Below are positions 8,031 through 15,774 of a DNA stretch of 16,211 nucleotides, one piece after another. The number at the start of each line of letters is the position of its first letter. Position 1 is the first letter of the stretch. Source of the DNA: Candidatus Methylomirabilis sp. (GTDB lineage: Bacteria > Methylomirabilota > Methylomirabilia > Methylomirabilales > Methylomirabilaceae); assembly GCA_041498975.1 (NCBI GenBank), contig JBGQJI010000050.1, positions 1-16,211 of the forward strand, written 5' to 3'. Under the pieces are notes generated by a model. The model was not told the DNA's origin and ran no database searches. It saw only the letters and a program-made list of their open reading frames with translations. Made by a program: the position numbers and the translations under genes.

Positions 8031-8138
8031 TAGGGTCTAGAGTCTAGCGTATAGGGTTTAGGGTATAGCGTGTAGACCTCAAGGGGGACTGCACAACCTT
8101 TTCGATCATTTATCCTGAACCCTCTACCCTATACCCTC
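8031..8138. repeat. Inverted pair of degenerate heptamer tandem arrays
   Basis: TAGGGTC TAGAGTC TAGCGTA TAGGGTT TAGGGTA TAGCGTG TAGACCT (8031-8079) and the complementary TATCCTG AACCCTC TACCCTA TACCCTC (8111-8138). Confidence 0.8.
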
Positions 8139-8143
8139 TCCAA

Positions 8144-8398
8144 TCACCGGCCCATAAATCTGGGAGGGCGCTTCTCCAGAAAGGCCTGCACTCCCTCTCG
8201 GAAGTCCTCGGTCTCATAACAATGTAGCGGCCTCTCAGCGTCGGTCGCATTGACCGCCGACAGAGCCGGGTCATAACGGCACTGCTCCACCATTGCTTTC
8301 GCCGAAGCAACCGAGAACGGCGCGTTCGCAGCAATGGTCGCGGCTGTCTCGAGGGTTGTCTGGCGGAGCAAAGGGTCCGGGACGACCCCGTTCAGCAG
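8144..8398 (-). pseudogene. 3' fragment of an enoyl-CoA hydratase/crotonase gene, truncated at an oriIS-like end
   Basis: LLNGVVPD...AATIAANAPFSV..AK...TEDFREGVQAFLEKRPPRFMGR*. Homology stops at the GAGGCTAGG repeat boundary. Confidence 0.85.
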
Positions 8399-8468
8399 AG
8401 GCTAGGCAACAGAAACGGCGTTCTCGGACCGGCGGGCACGGGGGGCCAGACCCGAGGCCATGCTACAG
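8398..8468 (-). mobile_element. IS91/ISCR-like family alpha, ori end only (~70 bp)
   Basis: GAGGCTAGGCAACAGAAACGGC(G/A)TTCTCGGACCGGCGGG... is nearly identical to the copies at 9273 and 15775. Confidence 0.75.
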
Positions 8469-8637
8469 AAAGCGCGAGCGGTGTGCCGGGCTTCGGCCGC
8501 AGAGCAAGCACGTCATGAGCACATGGTGGTCCGCCGGCCTGTACGCGGTCACTAGTGCCGTATCACTTAGAGGGTTGAATACTGCCGTCACGATGCTAGA
8601 CGGAATCGCTCTAATTCGCCAGCGCGGCCGTCTTCCT

Positions 8638-8985
8638 CTAAAGTATCAATCGCTTCGTATAGTTCAGATAGATCCAGGGCACACAGAAGTATCTGAAGCC
8701 AAGAACCTTCCCGGCTCCACTCTGATCCTCCCAGCACAAGTAGAAAGCGTTCCACGGGACGAAGGTGGTGTAAGGACCTGCCCAGACGTGGCCGAAATCA
8801 TCCTCGGCGTAATAGACGAAGCAATGTCCTCCAATCGACCCCGACCACACCTTAGCGGTCGATCCCGGTCCTACTTTGTACCAACCCTTCTTGTACCAGC
8901 CTGCGTCGCACCACGAGTACTCAGAGGAATGCCCATAAGCCACCCAGATAGGTGACGGCGTAGCGTTCTCGAAATAGAGGCCCAT
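8638..8985 (-). CDS. DUF1036-like protein
   Basis: F.N.T..PIWVAYG...W..KGWY.V.PG....V..G.....YYAED..G..WAG pattern; AGGTGG RBS. Confidence 0.7.
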   Translation of the reverse strand: MGLYFENATPSPIWVAYGHSSEYSWCDAGWYKKGWYKVGPGSTAKVWSGSIGGHCFVYYAEDDFGHVWAGPYTTFVPWNAFYLCWEDQSGAGKVLGFRYFCVPWIYLNYTKRLIL

Positions 8986-8998
8986 GATCCACCACCTA

Positions 8999-9226
8999 TC
9001 ACTTGCCAGGCTTTATCGGGGGCGGCTTAAGCGGAGGGCGCTCTTCAAGCACCGGCGGCTTACGTGGCCTCTTCTCGATGCCTGCCCTCTCTTCCGAACC
9101 GCCGGCGCGACCCGCCAGAGGAGGCGCCTTGCGATGGACGGTGCGTGCCTCTTCTATCTCCTGGTCATCTTCGTCCGGCAGTTCCTTATCGCCGAGTTCC
9201 CGCGAGAGACGATCTCGCTCAGACAT
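8999..9226 (-). CDS. Small hypothetical protein, acidic N-terminus and Pro/Lys-rich C-terminus (75 aa)
   Basis: Strong RBS GGGAGGTG before ATG 9226; stop lies 13 bp before the DUF1036 start. No recognisable family. Confidence 0.55.
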   Translation of the reverse strand: MSERDRLSRELGDKELPDEDDQEIEEARTVHRKAPPLAGRAGGSEERAGIEKRPRKPPVLEERPPLKPPPIKPGK

Positions 9227-9272
9227 CGCGCACCTCCCTACGTTGCGGCCCTTCGCGCTGGTGAGACTCTCT

Positions 9273-9875
9273 GAGGCTAGGCAACAGAAACGGCATTCTC
9301 GGACCGGCGGGTGGGGGGCCCGACCCGCGGCCATGCTATAGCGCGGATGAACACCCTGTCAAGGCAAAACCCTGGGGACCGAGAGCGGCATGTGGCCGCG
9401 TGGGGTGGTCCCGATGCCGTCGGCCGAAGTGCGACGAGCGGGGGTGCGCGCACTCCTAGACGGAGCGCGGCCAAGCGCTGGGGCCGGGTAGCGCGCGTAG
9501 GCAGGGAGGTCGGCGAAGAGGTCTCCGGTGGCGCTTGGAGGGCGGCGGGAGGGGGAGGGATCGGGACCCTCGGGCGGGAGCCGGAGATGGGCGAGGATCC
9601 GGCGGATCACCCGGGGATCCTCAATGGTCGCGATCAGGCGCATCCGCCCCCCACAGGCGCTCACTTCGGCGAGGAAGTCCAGGGGAGCGAAGACCCGGAA
9701 GTTGGCGTGGTGCCGCGGGTGGACCGCGTCTGACCGATAGATGATCTGGGTTTTGCTCGCCTCTCCGAGCATCCGCTGCGGTGTGATCGGAGGGCGGGTC
9801 ATGTAGCGGGCGACGACCCCCGGAGTGGCGTTCGCGGGGATCGCCCGGCTCACGTGCGTGCCGAATCCCGTATGG
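9273..9875 (-). mobile_element. IS91/ISCR-like family alpha remnant: internally deleted transposase plus 3' region and oriIS-like end
   Basis: HTGFGTHV...ARYMTRPPI...FAPLDFLAEVSA fused directly to CGGRMRLIATIEDPRVIRRILAHLRLP (Y2-transposase mid-region and C-terminal motifs). The stop seen in the 16002 copy (TAA) is TAC here (9499-9497). Minus-strand end: GCCGTTTCTGTTGCCTAGCCTC. Confidence 0.85.
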
Positions 9876-9882
9876 TGTCTCC

Positions 9883-10302
9883 ATGAGCGATGCCAGGGAC
9901 CACCAGATTCTGCCGGCCTGCGGGCTGAGCGGCGGCAGCATCACCAACCCGCCGCTGCATGACCTGCAGCGCCACATCGTGGTCTGCGACGATTCAGCCA
10001 ACTGCCACCTGCAAGCCTGGCGTTTTGATCTCGGCACACGCTCGATGACACCGCTATGGCGGAAGACGCCCTTCGGCTGCGCCAGCCACATGATTCAATA
10101 CCCGGACACCGGCGAGTTCGTCGTCAATGACTACCGCAAGGGTGGCGAGGAAGTCGCGGTGTTGAACATTGAATCCGGCCGGGAGATCGCCCGCGTCCGC
10201 ACCGGCGGCTTCAATCAAGGTGTGGTGTTTCCGAGCGTAGGCTGGAGTGGCGATTTCTATTGGTCCTCGATGGCGCGGCTGGCGCGGGTCTTTGTGCAGT
10301 GA
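9883..10302 (+). pseudogene. Probable 5'-truncated C-terminal fragment of an uncharacterised (beta-propeller-like?) protein
   Basis: Protein-like composition (GGSITNPPL...PLWRK...ASHMI.YPDTGE.VVND...FPSVGW). It abuts the transposase remnant and has no clear RBS. Confidence 0.5.
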
Positions 10303-10413
10303 CATCCCCCGCGCCCTCGGCTGAAACGAGCACGAGGCGCTCCGATCCGTCCGCCGTCCACGGTCCGAGCTCTTTTGACCAGGCCCCACCGGGAGTGAAC
10401 GGCGCGAGATGAG

Positions 10414-11787
10414 CTACTGTTGGCGCTGGCGTGATCTCCGGGTCACGGCTTCGCTAACCGCCAGATAGGTAATCAGCCAAGATACACGGGTAAGATACCG
10501 TGCGTTCGGTATGCTCAAAGCCGCAGGCATTACGGCGCTGACGATGGCGCTGAAAATGGTCCACCCGAAGAAGCTCACGCGTTCGAAGTCACCGTTCCTC
10601 CAGAATCGCACGGTCGCGAGCGCTACGAGAACGACGGCCGCAATGAGTGCGAGGCCATGGACCTGGCAAATCGTTTGGAGTCCCAGGGTGCCCAGGGTTT
10701 GCCGTGACCCCACAAAGGCCGGGTACTCTCGCGCGAAATGGGTTCTCTGCGCATCTGCTACGAGTGGGAACTGGTCGAGCGGATCGAATATTACCGACAG
10801 ATCGATCAAACTCAACTGGCGGATGGCGTTCTGCATCATGGTTTGAAGCGTCCAAAGCGGGTATGCCCGGATCGTCTCCGTCACGATCTGAGCGCCCTCG
10901 CGCCGGTAACCATCGAACCAACCCAATTTCCTGAAGGGAGATTGCTCGCTCCACAGGAACTGGTCCGAATCTCTCGGTAGGGAATCGATGCTGTCGCAAA
11001 TCCTGTAGCGCTTCTCTGCGCAATGGCTCTGCAAATAGGCGACCGCCGGCCCGTCAGTAATCAAGCGCGCCAACAAATGAGCATATCCGGAAGGTGATAG
11101 GCTGAAGGAGCCGTGCATCCATGCATTGTTGGTCACCAGCAGCAATGCGGCGATGAGTGCGGGAGTGAGGATGCGCTGGGGCAGGTATCCTCGGCAGACC
11201 TGCGATGAGCGAAAGAACAACTTCAGAGCCGCCGCATAGACGAACAAGACGGTCACGAGCGGCAGGGCTGAAGAGTGAACAAGCATCGCTGCCCCGCTGA
11301 TGACGGTCAAATAAATGCGCTGGCGCCCGCTCAAAGCGGTTGGCCTAAATACGAGAAAGTACAGCGAGAGAATTAGTAGAGGTGTGAAAATATCGGGGGT
11401 CACGAATCCGGTCATCCACGGGAGAGGAGACAGAAGGGCGAGAACGGTGATGATAACCGTATAGCGAAAGATGTTGATCGACCCAAATACACGGTCGGTT
11501 ACGAAATATAAAAGATGCGAAACCAAGAGCGACTGCCAGAACGCCACCAGCCACAACGAAGAGCCCAGATGCATCGGATATAACAGAAGGGCATAGAACG
11601 GAGGCCGAATCGACGACCGTACGTAATGTACGTACATTTCGGAATCGTAGAACAACAATGGATAGCCATTGTAGAGGCACGCGAGCATCAGGAGGGACGC
11701 TCCGAGCACCACGGCGAGTACTCGTCGCGCCGTACCGTACCGCTCGGACTCCGAGGTTTTTCCGGCTCTCTCTCTCAGCGCCGGCAT
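10414..11787 (-). CDS. Polytopic membrane protein, possibly GT-C-type glycosyltransferase-like
   Basis: Start MPALRE at 11787 (GGGAG RBS, overlaps upstream stop). NGYPLLFYDS..Y, TPDIF, LVHSS, LARLI.DGPA..YL..HC, RYLTRVSWL, and many TM segments. ORF-track start 12474 is an over-extension. Confidence 0.75.
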   Translation of the reverse strand: MPALRERAGKTSESERYGTARRVLAVVLGASLLMLACLYNGYPLLFYDSEMYVHYVRSSIRPPFYALLLYPMHLGSSLWLVAFWQSLLVSHLLYFVTDRVFGSINIFRYTVIITVLALLSPLPWMTGFVTPDIFTPLLILSLYFLVFRPTALSGRQRIYLTVISGAAMLVHSSALPLVTVLFVYAAALKLFFRSSQVCRGYLPQRILTPALIAALLLVTNNAWMHGSFSLSPSGYAHLLARLITDGPAVAYLQSHCAEKRYRICDSIDSLPRDSDQFLWSEQSPFRKLGWFDGYRREGAQIVTETIRAYPLWTLQTMMQNAIRQLSLIDLSVIFDPLDQFPLVADAQRTHFAREYPAFVGSRQTLGTLGLQTICQVHGLALIAAVVLVALATVRFWRNGDFERVSFFGWTIFSAIVSAVMPAALSIPNARYLTRVSWLITYLAVSEAVTRRSRQRQQ

Positions 11788-13511
11788 ACCGATCTCCCGA
11801 GCTTGATTGCAAGCCGATTCTCCGACCCTTGCGCGAAGAAAATGACGAAGTGGGCGATCGCTATGGTGTGGACATATGTCCAGAAGAGCAGGAGCCAGGT
11901 TAATCGACTGGTCGGGTGGTGCCACACGTGGCTGCCCAGGAAGCTTCCGGTGACGAGCAGAACCAGCAACACGGCCATCTGCGGACTCGAGAACTTCTCC
12001 CGCGGTGCGGGCTGAGTGCTGCGTGAGCCCTGGAAGTACATTGGCGACCCATGCATCAGCGCCCTGAGCGCCGCTCGCGGGAGTACAGGCGCGGTGCTCG
12101 CCATTAGCCCCTGTACCATGATCATGTTGCGCAGCGGATAGCCCCGCAAACGCATGTTCACGTATGGAAAGAGCATGACGAACGCATACACGGGGTACAA
12201 GGTGAAGTAGGCGAGCCCCACATCCCATTGAGAAGCGTTCATTTCGAACAACCCAACGACACGGCCCGCGGTGAACAGATCGGCGACGAGCAGCAAGGAC
12301 GGCCATGCCGTCATTATCGTAAGGACCATCGTGTAGAGGCAGAACCCGGACGACCAGAGGTACTCGACGGCAATCCACATGGAGCCGCGGCGCCGATCTC
12401 GCCGGATGGCATCGAGCAGGACCGCGCGAAACAGAGCGCTGTTGCCGGTCGCCCAGCGGACCTGTTGCCGCCAATAGGAAGAAAGGTCGACGGGCGCGAG
12501 TCCCTTAGCGTACACCTCGCGCATGTAGATCGATTTCCACCCCCGACCATGCACCTTGTAGGAAGTGGCCAGGTCCTCGGTCACGTTGCTTTCATCCCAA
12601 CCCCCAACACTCTCGAGCGCGGAGCGACGCATGACGAAGTTGGTGCCATAGCATGGAGCCCTCTCGTAAGCCGACTTCCCGTCGAGCACGCAGTCGTACA
12701 GCAGCATCTGTTGCTGACTCGCGGCCGTCGCCACGAGCGAATCCGACGCATTGGCGCACACCTGCGGAGTTTGCACGAAGGCGATACCCGAGTCCGCTTC
12801 CAAAAGCGGGATGACCGCGCTCAGGAAATCCGGCAAGACGGCCTGATCCGCATCGAGCACGCTCAGGTACTCCGTTTCGAGATCGATCGAGCGCATCGCG
12901 TCATTGAGAGCACCCGCCTTGTTGCCGCGGTTGGGAATGTCGACCACGTCGATCCCATGCCGCGCCGCCAAAGCCCGGGCGCCGGCCTTGAGGTCTGAGT
13001 CGAGGGAGTTCTCGACGAGCAGGACGCGCAGATTGGGGTATGCCAGTTTTGACGCGGAGAAGACGCTCCTCTCGAGGACGGCAGGGGGCTCATCACAGCA
13101 GGGAATCAGCACCGAGACGCGCGGGAACCGGCTGAGCGGCGGGATGTTATCCCGCTTTGTTCGAGAGAGTCCGGCTGTGGAGAAGAAAAGGTAAATCCAC
13201 AAATGGGTTCCGGCGATGGCCTCGCACAGTGTCACGGTTCCGAAGATCGACAGGTTCACGACCAGTTGAAGTGTGAAGTGAGCTTCTCGGGACTCGCGAA
13301 AAAAGTTCCACAGAAAGGAAGCACGCAATACGTGAAGCATGATGAACAATATCGGCATCAGGAAGAGCGCAGCATTGTGAAACGCCTTCAAGGCGCCGGT
13401 TCGTCGTGAGGCTACGAACGTCTCTTCGATCCGGTCCGGAAGTCGGTAGCGACGCGCGACCAGAAACGCCAGGGTGAGTAGGATCAATGAAGGGAAGATG
13501 GAATAGGCCAT
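11775..13511 (-). CDS. Processive GT2 glycosyltransferase, cellulose-synthase-like
   Basis: NKAGALN, DADQ, VQTPQ, GTNFVMRRSALESVGGW, TEDL and QQVRW motifs with flanking TM helices; no C-terminal PilZ domain evident. Confidence 0.9.
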   Translation of the reverse strand: MAYSIFPSLILLTLAFLVARRYRLPDRIEETFVASRRTGALKAFHNAALFLMPILFIMLHVLRASFLWNFFRESREAHFTLQLVVNLSIFGTVTLCEAIAGTHLWIYLFFSTAGLSRTKRDNIPPLSRFPRVSVLIPCCDEPPAVLERSVFSASKLAYPNLRVLLVENSLDSDLKAGARALAARHGIDVVDIPNRGNKAGALNDAMRSIDLETEYLSVLDADQAVLPDFLSAVIPLLEADSGIAFVQTPQVCANASDSLVATAASQQQMLLYDCVLDGKSAYERAPCYGTNFVMRRSALESVGGWDESNVTEDLATSYKVHGRGWKSIYMREVYAKGLAPVDLSSYWRQQVRWATGNSALFRAVLLDAIRRDRRRGSMWIAVEYLWSSGFCLYTMVLTIMTAWPSLLLVADLFTAGRVVGLFEMNASQWDVGLAYFTLYPVYAFVMLFPYVNMRLRGYPLRNMIMVQGLMASTAPVLPRAALRALMHGSPMYFQGSRSTQPAPREKFSSPQMAVLLVLLVTGSFLGSHVWHHPTSRLTWLLLFWTYVHTIAIAHFVIFFAQGSENRLAIKLGRSVCRR

Positions 13512-13532
13512 GAATCGACGCCAAGTCCTGCT

Positions 13533-13992
13533 ACCAGATAGGAAACTGGAAACGGGCCCCAGCCGCGTGCTCGCCTAGACGAGCGGGCGAGCCAGAGCGA
13601 TCGCCGAACCGGGGAGAACCACCAGGGGGAAAACGACCTCGGCGGGGAGGCTACCCCCAGCAGGTGGGGCTGTCAAGCGGAATTCGGCGGGCACCGGAGC
13701 ATGCGAGGGACGGGACCGGACAGCCCGACCCCGCAGCCCCGGCTACCCACGCGTCGGATCGGGGACGGGGAGGTCATCAAAGACCGGTTCGTACGCCCAC
13801 TTACGGGGGTGGTCAGCCGCCAAGCGCGCGGGCAGATCGGGGGGCGCTCGGAGGCTGGGCGCTCCGGCGGGGAGGTCCAAATGGGCGAGGCTTCGTCGCG
13901 AGCGTCTCGACTGAGCTCGACGAAGTCTCAGCCGAGCGGATCTGCCGGACGATCGCCGGGCGTACGATCACGGCAAGGATCTTCATCGCGAC
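13533..13992 (-). mobile_element. IS91/ISCR-like family beta remnant: transposase tail plus 3' region and oriIS-like end
   Basis: MKILAVIVRPAIVRQI [49-bp insertion] LAHLDLPAGAPSLRAPP...WAYEPVFDDLPVPDPTRG* (stop 13745-13743). Minus-strand end CCGTTTCCAGTTTCCTATCTGGT resembles ISCR oriIS (TTT...TTCCTAT). 13533-13693 is repeated at 15613-15774. Confidence 0.82.
13890..13938. repeat. Two nested, oppositely oriented ~25-bp REP-like micro-insertions
   Basis: Inner GTCTCGACTGAGCTCGACGAAGTC (13904-13927, +) sits within outer GCTCGGCTGA|GCTCGCGACGAAGC (-). Removing 13890-13938 restores ...RQI-LAHL... Confidence 0.75.
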
Positions 13993-14030
13993 GGCTCTTG
14001 ATGGCCGATGCAATGGCCGCTACGTCTGTA

Positions 14031-14798
14031 TTACTCAGCAGCGAGTCTCGTATAACGTGCCCGCAGGCTCTCGAATTGACGGTCGGGCATCAGCCGCCAG
14101 TGGTGCAACTGGTAACGCCACACCAGCCAGAGAATCTTCAACCCATACACCACACTTTGGCCAAAACTTGCCGACGACGATTCCGGGAAGTAACGGGTCG
14201 GTACTGCGATCTCGGCGATACGGAACCGGGCAGCAACCACCTGCGCCGTGATTTCTTGATCAAAGATGAAGCCATCGGAATTCATGGCGTAGTTAACCGC
14301 CTCCAAGACTTCACGACGGAACCCACGATAACCGGTGTGGTAGTCGCTCAAGGTGAGTCCGAAGATCATGTTCTCGACCCATGTGAGAAATCGATTCGAG
14401 AAATACTTCCACCACGGCATACCATCCTGTAACGCCGTACCGCGCTTAAGTCGGGATCCAAAGACCACATCGGCCAAACCTTGTTGAATAGGTTCGATAA
14501 TCTGCGGCACCAGCCGCGGGTCGTACTGGTAGTCGGGATGCACCATAACCACGATGTCGGCACCGGCTTTGATCGCTTCGGCGTAACAGGTCTTCTGATT
14601 AGCACCGTAACCGTAGTTGTGGTTGTGGACGAAGACCTCCAACTTCAATTCCTTGGCGATGCGCAAGGTGTCATCCGTCGAGCCGTCATCCACCAGAATC
14701 ACCGTATGGACGGCGTCTTTGGGCAGTTTTTCATAAGTCATGCGCAGTGTCCGCTCTGCGTTGAAGGCCGGCATGACGACGATAACTTTCGGTTTCAT
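14031..14798 (-). CDS. GT2 glycosyltransferase, DPM1/polyprenol-phosphate sugar synthase-like
   Basis: VVMPAFNAE.TL, LVDDGSTD, NYGYGANQKTCY, MVHPDYQYDP, DVVFGSR, LSDYHTGYR, PTRYFPE.SS; GGAGG RBS. Confidence 0.92.
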   Translation of the reverse strand: MKPKVIVVMPAFNAERTLRMTYEKLPKDAVHTVILVDDGSTDDTLRIAKELKLEVFVHNHNYGYGANQKTCYAEAIKAGADIVVMVHPDYQYDPRLVPQIIEPIQQGLADVVFGSRLKRGTALQDGMPWWKYFSNRFLTWVENMIFGLTLSDYHTGYRGFRREVLEAVNYAMNSDGFIFDQEITAQVVAARFRIAEIAVPTRYFPESSSASFGQSVVYGLKILWLVWRYQLHHWRLMPDRQFESLRARYTRLAAE

Positions 14799-15070
14799 CT
14801 CGCCTCCAGTGGCCTAGCAACAGCCACGAATTGATAATTGGCCAACGCCAGCCCCCCTCGGCCCAGCACTAGAACTGCTGAGTGGCTCAAATACGGATTG
14901 CCAGTTTTCGATTGGGGATTGGGTTTCACGCCATTCATACAAAATACTCTCCCGTCTTTCCCCGTCACGCAACTCAATTCTACTACAAAAGTGCCAAAAC
15001 CCTACTGAGACGACTTTCAGCGATTTCTTTTTGTGGCAGCTAACCGGCGGAACCGCTACAATTTGCCAAC

Positions 15071-15612
15071 ATGAAACGGCAACAGTGGACGACATTCTTC
15101 GCGGTGACGATTCTCCTCGCCGTCTTTACCGGGCTGGCTGTAAACGCCCTCATCCGCGAATCCGCCACGTTCGACGAGACGACGCACCACGTCGCCGGGT
15201 ACAGCTACTAACATTACAACAATTACCGGCTGAACCCCGAACATCCTCCCCTGCTCAAACGCTGGGCGGCGCTTCCGTTGCTCACGCAAGCCATCTGGCC
15301 GGTCGCGCGGCAGGGCTTGTCCGATTCCGCCGCCACGCAGTCTTCACAGCAAGCGTGGGCCGAAGCCGTCGCCGACAACGACGCGCAATGGTTCTACTCC
15401 CACAACCTTCTCTACGGCGTCCACGACTTCACGCTGATGCGCCTTGGCGTCAATCACCCGCTCGCCGTCCCGCCCACCGCCAAGATTTCGATTCCCGGCA
15501 AGCTCATGCTCTTCGCCAACCGGCAGCGCCTCTTACCGGAATCGTACGTGTACGGCTTCGCGTTTACCGAGATGAAATCGCTGCAACGCGACAGTTTTCT
15601 GCTGGGCAAAAC
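15071..15612 (+). pseudogene. ArnT/PMT-like (GT-C) glycosyltransferase pseudogene
   Basis: TM helix, then SATFDE..H..AGYSY*...YRLNPEHPPLLK.WAALPL. In-frame TAA at 15209-15211, apparent jump to the later motif LLPESYVYG...FLLG, and truncation at the beta ori end. Confidence 0.8.
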
Positions 15613-15774
15613 ACCGGAGAGGAAACTGGAAACGGGGCCCCGCCGCGTGCTCGCCACGTCGAGCGGGCGAGCCAGAGCGATCGCCGAGCCGGGGAGAACC
15701 ACCAGGGGGAAAACGAACTCGGCGGGAAGGTTACCCGCGGCGGCGGGGGCCCGTCAAGCGGAATTCGGCGGGCA
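15613..15774 (-). mobile_element. IS91/ISCR-like family beta, second ori-end copy, interrupted by an alpha element
   Basis: Closely matches 13533-13693, then switches abruptly to GAGGCTAGG (alpha end) at 15775. Confidence 0.8.

Noticed and set aside
8052..8065. Plant-type telomere repeat (TTTAGGG)
   Set aside because: Only one exact unit within a degenerate bacterial intergenic heptamer array.
9359..9853. Functional transposase
   Set aside because: It lacks the N-terminal part including the HUH motif, has an internal deletion, and reads through a mutated stop.
11788..12474. N-terminal extension of the 686-aa ORF
   Set aside because: It overlaps the well-supported GT2 in another frame; an RBS and ATG exist at 11787.
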